Of a stretch of DNA of 64,000 nucleotides, positions 52,526 to 64,000 are shown piece after piece. Source of the DNA: Chrysomallon squamiferum (lineage: Eukaryota > Animalia > Mollusca). The stretch spans positions 28,458,001 through 28,522,000 of the forward strand of contig CM022671.1 in assembly GCA_012295275.1 (NCBI GenBank), in the 5' to 3' direction. Numbering within the stretch: position 1 is the stretch's first letter; each line of letters begins with the position of its first letter. The notes under the pieces were generated by a model, which saw only the letters and a list, made by a program, of their open reading frames with translations, searched no databases and was not told where the DNA came from. The position numbers were made by a program, and so were the translations under genes.

Positions 52526-54443
52526 GTAGAACAATCTTGTAACCACAGCCTGTCTGTTGTGTTGTCCTGTAGCACACACTCATACATCAAATCCACGTTC
52601 AACCTGCCAGCCACTTGTTGTCTTCAAAGCGGAATCACTAATTACAACATGCCATGCTGTCATTAATTAGAGGTATCAACTGTAAATGATTTCTTTTCCC
52701 TGAGTGCAGCCTGGGCCTGGGCATCGTTATTTTGAAAAGTTAATGAGCTAATAACTGGTCATTGTTGCTAATCTGTGTAATCACCAGTCTTGTGTTCAGT
52801 CATTCTCCGTTTCTGCTTGAACCTAATTGTTTTTTCATTTATTTATTTTCGGGTAAATTACTTTCACAAGTTTTTATTCGGTGTCTTGTTGAATGAATGA
52901 ATGTTACTTAAGGCATTTAAACAGAGCGTTCTTATCTGGTACAGAAGTGAATGAATGAATGAATGTGTGTTAATGTTGTTCAGTTTTGTAACCAAGAGGT
53001 TTAAGAGGTGGTGAATTAATTAATATTTGTTTAATAAAGACTCGTAATATTTATTTGTTATTTATTAATATTGTCGGATTTTGTAATGAAGAGAATGAAT
53101 TAATTAAAATAGCAGCATCTCTAAAGTATTGTCCTGACAGTGAATTATTGTTTATTAAATGTTACAGACCCTGTAATGAAGATTGCAAAATCTACTGTTA
53201 ATGATTATTATGTGACAAATTTGTTACAGTGATAACACAAGAGAGAAAAGCCTGCTGCTGTCTCACACTGGGTAAAACACTGCTAATATGAATCTGTCTT
53301 TATCCAGGAAAACAGAAAGCACAGTATATGATGATAAACCAGTAATTGGAACTGGACAGAACTGGAATACACCCAACTGGGAGAATTAACTGGGATTGAT
53401 CTCACAGCTTTCAATGCCTCTTTCCTCTGTTCTAAACATTTAGCTCTGTTTTCTAAAATAAAAATAAAACCTAAATCACAACATCATCACTTCTAGGCCT
53501 ATCTACAGCCATTAAAATGCAAGGATAGTTTTCTATAGAAAGAAAAACACATATCGTGGCCTCTGTAAGTGGAATTATGACTGGACCGGGAATTGATAAA
53601 AAGGACTCATTAACAAGGGTTGTTTGTGAGTCTGAGCAATAGCCTGTTGGAAGAATGATTTGTCTTTGCTTTTATAACAGTTTACAGCTGCACGAACAAA
53701 GAACTGTGCTAGCTCTGAAGTCAGCAAAACAGCTGTAATAAATAAATCTGAGGCATTCAAAACAATATGGATTAGATATAAAAAAACTTTTAAAAGGGAT
53801 AAAACCCCAAAATAATGATAAAGTGAAATGAATCAATAAAAATAAAAACAATAAAAAAGACCAAAAAACACAAAAAACCCCCTACCATGCTGTACTACTG
53901 TGTTCTGTAAAATTATTATCATCCTCTTTACTGTTTTTAAATTATTTATCAGTTCTGTAGGGAAGACAAGATTTTTTAATTGAAAGAAGAAGAAGAAGAA
54001 GAAACAACCTTGATACGACCATCATGTCACTGTGCTGCAGAAACACAAACACAAAACACAAATCAGCATTCAGAACTGTCACTGGTGGCTCACTGTGGTC
54101 ACAAATGTAACTGTCAAATTAACACATGCCACCAGCTAAAGAGATATTGATTCAGAAATTATCACAGATCTTCATTTTACTTAGAGCTGGGAACTAACAA
54201 AAGTCTCTTGGTAACTCGGTGCATGATTGGCCAATTGCAGAACATGCAAAACTGCGGCAATTATCAGCACAGAAATAGAGATTTCAGTTTAACACACAAA
54301 AGATGGTTTTGGAAGACTGGTAAGATATAAAATGCCTTTGGGATACAAGGGGTGATGGTTTTTTTCTTTTTTTTAAATTCTTTAATTTTTTTTTATTATT
54401 CCTTGAGTCTTTTATATGAGGGAAGGGCAATTTGTTTTCTTTC

Positions 54444-54481
<38 letters not shown>

Positions 54482-54504
54482 ACATAGAAAGGGGCAAAGA
54501 GAAA

Positions 54505-54849
54505 AAAGGAAAATGAAGAACAACAGACATAGAGGAGAAAGAGATGGAAAAAAGATGTGTACATAGACACACACACACACACATACACACACACATACAT
54601 ACATACATGCATATATACATACATACATACTTAATATATATATAAATATACACACAAATATATAGACACATGTACATACATACATAATATATACACAAAA
54701 ATCACATGCATATGCATGTGTACATACAAACACAGGACATACACACACACACATCTGCATACATATGTGTACATCATTTTTGTACTTTGTGTGTGAAAAG
54801 GAAGAACAACAGACAGAGGAGAAAGAGATGGAGCAAAGATGTGTACACA

Positions 54850-54888
<39 letters not shown>

Positions 54889-55215
54889 ACATACATGTAT
54901 ACATATATACATATACAAATATATAGACATACATAAACATGTATACATATGTACTTAATATATATATATATATATACACACATACAAACAAATATATAGA
55001 TACATACATATACATACATACAAATGTATGCATACATTCATCTATCTATCTATCTATATATACACACACACACACACACACACATACAAATATATAGACA
55101 CACACATACATACATACATAAATAATATATACACAAAAATCACATACAAACACAGGACACACACACACACACACATCTGCATACACACACATCATTTTTG
55201 TACTTCGTGTGTGAA
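54505..55215. repeat. Two-copy tandem duplication of a (CA/TA/CATA)n-rich block
   Basis: The anchor gaagaacaacagaca...gagatgga..aaagatgtgtaca occurs at ~54515 and ~54801, and catcatttttgtactt at ~54772 and ~55190. Confidence 0.85.
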
Positions 55216-55684
55216 TGGTTATCTGTAAAAAGTGTATTCTGTGTTCAAAACTAGATACGGGAAAGAGAATCTTCTGTTATTTTTCCATCAGAAAATCTAT
55301 TCAAGTCTTCCTATCTTTTTAACAAATGCCTCACATTACTATGTAAAATGATTAACACTTTCACTGTAACTGGATCCAAGCTGACATTGTAAATCTAGAT
55401 TATCTGGAACATCAATACTTTGTTATCTAACTCTAATGATGTTTCTATCTAGAGAGTAAGGTTTTGTTTCTTAGTTCACCAGTACTTAATGCTGGAGCAT
55501 GACAAAGGAGGGGAACCAGTCATTTGAGAAATGCAAACCAGTCTAGCAAAAGCATGGCGAGTAGAAAATCAATCAATTCATTCCCTTTTTAGACTGATTG
55601 AACAGGTTCAGTAACATTTATCACTTAGTTTTGTGATTATTGTAAACAGTTTCTGGATTTCTCAACACAAATATCTCTCTCACA

Positions 55685-55720
<36 letters not shown>

Positions 55721-56175
55721 AATACAACAAAGTAGAAATTCAGCAACTGACAAGAAATGTCTCTCAAACATAATGTGAAATAGTATTTAAAATTAAATGC
55801 GACGGTGTGAATTGAAAATATGGTATTGGTGACAGTTTAAGTGAAGATCAAGCATATGCTCATTGTTATAGAATGCAACAGAAAATAATCAAAATATAAA
55901 TAACTTATCAGTGTATTTCAGGCAGCCATGATGGGTCAGATCAGGTTTAAGTGTTCTGTGGAGTGCCAGTTTGAAATTAATCTTTGAATTCTGAGTTCAC
56001 TTCAGTATCTTGGAGATCACATTTAAACATTTTCCCTTTTGTTCCTGTATTTAATAAGCTGGAAATTAGCAGAGAGACAGAAAATTATCTGTCTGTCTAT
56101 CTATCTACCTACCTACCTATCTGTATATCATCTATCTATTGATCTAGCTATTTATCTATCATCTATCTACCTATT

Positions 56176-56211
<36 letters not shown>

Positions 56212-56356
56212 TAGATAGAGAGAGAGAGTGAGAAAGTGAAACTGACAGATTGAGAGGACTAAATGAAATATAAAAAGCAAGAAAATGAAACTGACATACA
56301 GAGTGAAAGAAAGAAAGAGAAATACCCACACCCACTCACAGACACACACCCACAGA

Positions 56357-56401
<45 letters not shown>

Positions 56402-57109
56402 GGGAACACAGAGGCAAGAGTTTCACTGAAAAAGTAAAAGTAAATGAGAGGTGGGAGTAAAATAGTGAAAGAGTGGGAAAGAAAAAAATATAAATATAGA
56501 CAGATATAAATAGATAACAGACAAAGACAGGAAAAAAGGGGAGAAACAATTGGTGAATAAAAGAGTTGAGAAAAAGCCTGAGACAAACATAGAAAATGAT
56601 TTCGCGGGGTTTATGTTCTGCAAAACAATTATAACTCAACATTGTGCGCCATAAACCTCTGTAGAATCAAAGTCCAATAAAACTGAATCAGTTATATTCA
56701 GATTTTTATCTCTTTTTTTTTATCTTTTGTTCCTTGCTCTAGCTATTCAGATTTCTTAACCCTCTCTGTAATACATCTTGCAACATAATCTAACGCAGAG
56801 TAATGGGACCAAATTGATGTGATTTGTGAGGTAATTAAAAATCTCCTAGCTACCACACTGAAGTAATGTGATGCTGATATCAGAAGGAGCAAGCTGGTAA
56901 TATTCTCTACATTAGCCAGAACATGAATCATAAAGAATCTATTTTCTTTCTGGTTACTTGTAAATAAAAAGCAATTAAAAGTGGCTATGTGCATATACAG
57001 ATATATGCATTCAGAAAAATACATATTTATCCTCATGTTTAAAGTATAAATAAACAAAACATACATATGTACATGTACGTACGACAAAGAAATGGAGAAT
57101 TTTCTCATA

Positions 57110-57209
<100 letters not shown>

Positions 57210-58039
57210 TACAGAGGTAGGTCATAAAACACATTATTCTGTTTCTAATGTTATTTATCTCTGTTACAAAGGTTGGATCAGTTAACCCTATTACATATAA
57301 ATTTAACAAAACATACCCACAATATCTGTCCTTACCATCTTAATTCTATAAAATAGAAAATATAATATTGCTTTTCTCTAAAATAAAAGTGAAATAAGCT
57401 CATAATAATGTTATTTATTTTGATAATCCTGGCAAAAGAGGTTGAAAGCAACCTTATTTATCATCATAATACTGCCAGAAAAGGTTGATAAAAATCTAAA
57501 TTTGGATCCAAACAAAAAAATAAAAAAGTAATCTTTCACTCTATAACACAATAATTTTTTTTTAATTTACTTAAGTTTACCATCAAATTACTAAAATAGA
57601 CTCTAAATTTATTTATTTATCGTCACAAAAAAACGTGACTGAAAATAAGTTCAAACTTGCATTCAAAGTTTGAGACTTCCATTTATCTCATATAAATACA
57701 AAAAGGAAAAAAAACATAAAAATAAAAATAAAATAAAAACTGAAGCTAATGGATTTCTATCATATCAGCGTCTAATGCCTTCCTTTATAATGTAGACTTC
57801 CGCATTTGCAGACTGTCAGAATCGACCTAATGTTTCAAAACAGCCTTTTGCAGTTGTCACTATGGTCTATGTCACTGTAGTAAGAATTTCACAGCTGTCA
57901 AATTGAATAGCAATGTGAAAAGTGTCTCCAATTACTGCTAATTAAAAACAGGCTTCTGTCAACCTAATTCAGTGAACAGGACTCCCTCAGTGAAGTTATT
58001 GACAAGTGATGTCACACAGAGTATAAATGTATTCAGCTG

Positions 58040-58710
58040 AGAACAAAAGTAAAAATATACCAGTAATGAGCTAATGAAAATAACAGTATGAATGCATCAG
58101 TAATACGTTAATGAAAATATCAGTATAAATGTACCAGTAATGAGCTAATGAAAATAACAGTATGAATGCATCAGTAATGAGCTAATGAAAATAACAGTAT
58201 GAATGCATCAGTAATACGTTAATGAAAATAACAGTATAAATGTACCAGTAATGAGCTAATGAAAATAACAGTATGAATGCATCAGTAATACGTTAATGAA
58301 AATAACAGTGTAAATGTACCAGTAATGAGTTAATGAAAATAACAGTATGAATGAAAATAACAGTCTAATTTATCTGTAATGAAAATAACAGTATAAATAT
58401 ACCAGTAATGAATTAATGAAAATAACAGTATAAATATATCTGTAATGAGTTAATGAAAATAACAGTGTAAATGTACCAGTAATGAGTTAATGAAAATAAC
58501 AGTATAAATGAAAATAACAGTCTAATTTATCTGTAATGATGTAATGAAAATAACAGTATAAATATACCAGTAATGAATTAATGAAAATAACAGTATAAAT
58601 GTATCAGTAATGAGTTACTGAAAATAACAGTATAAATATATCAGTAATGAGTTAATGAAAATAACAGTGTAAATGTATCAGTAATGAGTTAATGAAAATA
58701 ACAGTATAAA
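58040..58710. repeat. 37-bp minisatellite (cagtaatgagYtaatgaaaataacagtatRaatgYaY), ~18 copies with truncated variants
   Basis: Direct inspection. Confidence 0.95.
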
Positions 58711-59654
58711 GAAAGAAACATTGTGTAAACAGATCACAAAAAGTATTGAGATGCAAAAATTCTTTCATTAATTTTTGTGAGCTTCTGGCAATATTAACAA
58801 CATTTTCACATATGGCTAACTTTCACAAAAACAACTGCAAAAGTATTGAAAGTCAAATCAAGGTCAAATGAACCATTTAGCAGCGTAAAATTAAGTTCAT
58901 ATTGATTTTCGTTCTTCCACATTATTTTTACGGTTTACATATAAAAAAAAAACAATCCTAGAAAATAAATCGTTTTAACAGTGGAAAATAACACACTGGT
59001 AACAACCATGTGAAAGATTCATTATTAAACCCTGCAGGAAATGTTTTTGCTGAGTGTCACTGAAAACAAGCATGGAAGCAAATATAACAAATTGAGTTAG
59101 TATTTAGAATTAGGAAACTGAAAGAAATTCAGAAAATCTGTTTAATGATACAACAACATGTTGAATATGAACCTTGCTGGCATTGTTTTGTTAAAAGTTA
59201 TTGACACCAAAACACACACACACGCACACGCGACAGATTTAAGAGAATGATTTTTTTAGAATTCTTAACGTAATTGAATGAGAGATTGTTATTCCACCAA
59301 GAATTTTATGTGAACCGTAAAACATTGTTTTTGTTAAAAGTAAAGGGGGGAAAAAAAGAAAAAAGAAGAAAAAAAAAGAACGGCAAAACAAACAACAAAA
59401 TAATCAATGTAAATAAATAAATAAAAATAAAGAATGAACAAAAAGAACAGATATCAGGATTCTGATAAAAAAAATAAATAATTTGTAATTGATTGACTGA
59501 AGAATATTTGCTTAATGACAAAATGATACTCACTGATGTGGAATTACTTAGTAAACAATTACTGAAAACAAAACACACAACAAAAACTGTAAAATTATGT
59601 TTAAAAATTTAGAGTGAAAAAAAACAAAACAATAAAAACAAACTACATTCTGGA

Positions 59655-59862
59655 ATGAAAAATATTTGTTTAATGATATCTTAGCAAATTTTAACATAAA
59701 TATTTAATATTTTATGCAGCTTCAAAGAAACAGGAAAGTAAACATCAAAGACTTCTTTGATAAACTATTCACAGGATGTTGACTGGTATAGTAAACAGTC
59801 AAATATGTTTTATTTCATGGTAAGTCTGAGCCTATATGTGTGTTCTAACCACTAAACCACAA
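59655..59862 (-). mobile_element. Possible decayed SINE
   Basis: Ends in ctaaccactaaaccaca, the reverse complement of an A-box-like tgtggtttagtggttag. The body is very diverged. Confidence 0.3.
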
Positions 59863-60299
59863 CCTGCCGTAAAAAGTACAGCCAAACCATGATGAAAAAA
59901 CACTTCCTAGCTAGTGATTTATAGGAAAACTCAGTAATTGGAATTATGACTGAAAAAGAAGCGAAGATAAAAGTTCATCTGTGACATAGTTAAATTACAA
60001 CTTTGGAGCTATGTCTAATAGAGTTACATCCAAAAAAAAAGTTTTATAAAGAAATAGTTTTAGAAGAAAATGTCATGAATAAATACAGTTAAAAAAAAAT
60101 TGTTATAGTGTCTTCAGAAAAATTATATATAGTAACAGTTTCGATTTATTTATTTATTCATTCATTCATTCATTTTATTTTTTATTTAGTAATAATAGGT
60201 ATTGGATATTGTCTTCTTTCGTATATAACACCCATTAAAAAGAAAGAAAAAACCAACCAACCAAAGAAAATAACCCATTATTTAAAAATGTACAAAGAA

Positions 60300-60480
60300 C
60301 ATTTGAAATAATGGTTGGTTGTAAATTATAACACATGTAGTTCAGAACCATATATCATGTGATGGGCAATTCTTTTTTATTAGCAGCAAGGAATCTTTTG
60401 TGTGTACCTTTCCAAAGCCAGGAAATAGCTCACTGGGTTGACGAGGACTGATCTAGCATCCTGTCATGCTTTCTGATCAA
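60300..60480 (-). mobile_element. Decayed SINE, inverted orientation
   Basis: The reverse complement reads ggaaaggtacacacaaaagattccttgctgctaataaaaaagaattgcccat, matching the 29604 core. Confidence 0.6.
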
Positions 60481-61759
60481 AAGCATTTTAGAGAAAAAAA
60501 GAAAAAAAAACAATCCTGAATTTAGATATAAATTGCAATAATTATACTGCAAATTTCATGTGTAGATCAAGAAGTGATTTAATTGCAGTATAGTGCCTTC
60601 ATATTGACAGCTGTATCTACTATAAAGCAGCAGCATTCATTTTTTTCTCAAATCTTCCACTGAAATGAAGGATGAAAAACTCTGATACACAGAACTGTGG
60701 CACATCCCCAGTTAAACAGTGAAACACAAACATTGTGTGTACAGGGTTAACTTTTAGACTGCTTCCATCAGACAGAACTGTCCAAGACAGGAACACAAAC
60801 ATCTGATAAATGACCACAAGACACTGACAGATGACCACTTCTGTCTGGCACACTAACCCCAAACACAAACAGTCAAGATCTGCTGTTCAAGTTATCTTCC
60901 TCCCTCACTGTGAAGTTAACCTGATACGATTTCTCATTAAATGAAAACTCTGATGGGACCTGGCCAGAAACAACTGGAATTAACCCATGATGCACTTTGT
61001 TATTTTTTCTAAACAGCGATTGGATAAAACGTCTGATTTAGTATTCCATGCATCACACTGTTTTCTAGACAACTAATATAGAATAGCTTGTGGTCATGGA
61101 TTGTATACAAGCCCAAACAAATAAAATACTTCCTTTTAAGAAATCACAAACAAATTGATTTATTTCTTTTGTTGATGAAATATCATGATTATTTTTATTA
61201 TTAGTTTTTATTATTAGTTTTCTTATTTATTATTATTAGGTTTTTTTAAAATAAATTCACAAAATGTGAGTTAACTGCATAGAAGAAAATAAAGATGTGG
61301 AGAGAAAAAATTAAAAAAAAAAGATTCAAGTAACAATAACTCTGTGGAAAGATTATTAAATTTTAGAAAGTTATTATGTGAACTTATATAAAATTTATTT
61401 AACTGTTAACTACTGGCATAAACAGTATTTAAAAGAATCATAATGTAACAATATAATTAAAACAATAAAAGTATGGAAGAGCAAGAAACTTTCAATTCTG
61501 AAATGCTCTGGTGTTGTTAAAAGATAAAATAACAGAATAAAAAAAAAATCTGTTGAGATCTTTTTCTGTTTTATAGAGGTACCTATATTTTTCTAATTTT
61601 AATTTCAGATTTTAAATTGTTAGAATTTCTATGTCTCACGACAAATTATTTTCACATTTAGCCTAACCCAATTGACAGTGTAATATGGCATTACTTTATC
61701 ACTTTATCAAAATTATGTTTTATTTAAAAAAGATTTTAGGCTTCTTGCATTTGTTTATC

Positions 61760-61815
<56 letters not shown>

Positions 61816-62084
61816 CAACATTTTAATTTTTATTTTTTCAAATTATCTAAAAATCTGAATTTAACTTTTTCTCCCAATGATTTGAGCTACGTATTAAAGT
61901 TAATCCACATTATGTCTAACAGAAAATCACCGATAGAAAAATGTTTCCCTATAATCCACTGTAAAATAAAGTTAATTAAATGTCTCAAAGGAAATTACAG
62001 TTATTGACAGTAGTGACAGGTATTTTGATCAAATCAGGGAATGTTTGGCTTCTGAAAATGTATTTCCAACTACTGGAGTAGGTT

Positions 62085-62710
62085 CTTGATTACTGACACC
62101 ATGTTCCTGACTACTGACAGTATGTTCCTGACCACTGACAGTATGTTTCTGACTGCTGACAATATGTTTTTACTGCTGACAATGTGTTCCTGACTACTGA
62201 CAGTATGTTTGTGACTACTGACAATACTGTTCTAATTCTGACAATATGGTTCTGACTTGTGACAGTATGTTTCTGACAATTGACAATATTGTTCTGACTA
62301 CTGACAAAATTGTTATGACTACTGACAAAATGTTGGTACTGTTGACATTGTGATCCTGACTACTAACAGTATGTTTGTGACTACTGACAATACTGTTCTG
62401 ACTCTTGACAATATGGTCTTGACTACTGACAAAATGTTTCTACTGCTGACAATATATGTTTGACTACTGATGATGTTACTGACTGAATTACTAAGTGCAG
62501 GCAATACAGTCCTGACTTCAGATTATTTTCATGACTACAGGCAAAATGTTCCTGACTACTGACACTTTTCCCAAATACTGAAAATACATTCCTGACTACT
62601 GAAAGTATTTTCATGACTGCTAACAATATGTTCCTGACTAGTGACAATATGTTCCTAACTAATGACCATATGTGCTGACTACAGACAATATGTTCCTGAC
62701 TACTGACAAT
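62085..62710. repeat. 21-bp degenerate minisatellite (tgttcctgactactgacaRta), ~29 copies
   Basis: Direct inspection. Confidence 0.93.
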
Positions 62711-63890
62711 TTATCTAAACCAAACATCCTGAAAGAAAAGCCAAGTTAACAAACTCATGAGGCACTCTTATTGAAATAAACACTTTCTTCAGCCATCTTT
62801 ATTTTCTTAAGAGCAGCCATTTACCAAAATTCAATTACCTTAGCATTCTCTTTTACCGTTTTTCAGTGTTGCTAAAGAATATCTATAGGTTTCGTTTATC
62901 ACACTTCAGTCAAGTGACATCATGAGGCAGAAACCAGACTGTTCTTGATTAAACGATACTCTGTTGTTTAAACAAACATTTCTTCTTCTTCTTCTTCCTT
63001 ATGGATTTAGACAGCTTCAAGCATACATGGGTCATGCCAGTCCTTGGTTAAGAGTTTGTTTCTGTCTGGATCTGAATTAATGAAAACAGTTCTAAAATGA
63101 GTTAGAGTGATCTGACACATTCGACAAAAAGGAAGCCTTGCTGATTGTTTGCCGAATCAATTCTAGAAAACCAAATTAAAACATCGACTGCTTGCAAATG
63201 CAGATAAGTTTTAGTTATTATTGTTGCTACTGTAAACCATCTGGGGTTTTTAAGAAAAAACAGTTGTTATTACGTTTTGTTTGGGCTTATTGTTTTTTTT
63301 TTTTTTTTTAATTTAAAATATAATGAAAAATTGTAAGTTTAATAAAATAAATTGAGTAAAAATTATTCTAAATTATTTTTTGTACTGGTAATCTAATCAC
63401 TACACATTACCAAGTCAAGATATAAGACTAATTTTAATAAATTTTACAGTTGTTTCATAATGTTAATGTAGCATAAAGGCTTCTTTGAAATGTTATTAAG
63501 AAAATTAAGTTCAGCCACAGATTTCCCAGACACACTGTCATATTCCTGTCTAGTTTCAGCTTCTTTTTTCTTTTTTTTTTTTTTAACTCGACTTTAAAAA
63601 AAATATATAATCACCAAAAATAAAAAGAAATTTCTAGTTGTTCATGTACAGGGCCACATCAAGGATTTTAGGAAAAGGGATTAATATTACTTTCAAGATT
63701 AAGTGGAATTTAACTGTTTCATTTTAGGCCATTGTTACTGCCAACTTCTTCAATATCTTGAGAAACATATTTTTATTATTTTTTATTATATGAAGTTGGG
63801 TTAATACTGAAATAAATTAATAGTTATGGGAAATTTTATTTCTTCACAAGACATTTAAACAACAATAACAATAACGACAACAGTAATTGT

Positions 63891-63934
<44 letters not shown>

Positions 63935-64000
63935 CAATAATAATAACAATAATAATAAACAATTACTGAAAAAAAACCCCAGATAACTGTATTGGTGAAG

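Noticed and set aside
54284-55228. 249-aa and overlapping Cys/Val/Tyr-rich ORFs
   Set aside because: Translations of (CA)n/(TA)n microsatellite.
62319-62647. Heptad-repeat ORFs from the 21-bp array on the minus strand
   Set aside because: The array has indels and stops and no convincing splice sites, so it is treated as a non-coding minisatellite.

Overview
AT-rich, microsatellite-laden eukaryotic (invertebrate) genomic DNA. Decayed tRNA-headed SINE fragments suggest a mollusc, probably a gastropod; this is an inference from remembered SINE consensus sequences. Three intron-containing genes can be built by hand. (1) Minus strand, 5980 down to 253 and probably off the left edge: a protein with signal peptide, MAM, MAM, 5 Notch-type EGF repeats and a third MAM. 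Ten coding exons are visible, all GT-AG with consistent phases. (2) Plus strand, 10726-10840 + 18520-19355: a complete two-exon PI-PLC X domain protein (PLCXD2/3-like, 316 aa), head-to-head with gene 1 and possibly carrying a ~10 kb 3' UTR. (3) Minus strand, 48418-48290 + 47089-47086: the C-terminus (...EMLAWYDGHETKPPTLV*) of a gene, probably FRMD4A/B-like, whose other exons lie beyond 64 kb. The rest is introns and intergenic DNA with minisatellites (21, 28, 37 and ~60-78 bp units), local duplications and SINE relics. Most entries in the ORF track are microsatellite artefacts. The most unusual observations are a duplicated splice acceptor in gene 1 whose decoy copy sits in a 9-bp hairpin, a last intron in gene 3 that gives the same ...TLV-stop protein whether spliced or retained, a 12-nt miR-92 match just after that stop, and two inverted copies of a minisatellite family in one intron. 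I found no clear evidence of a wholly new multi-gene system.
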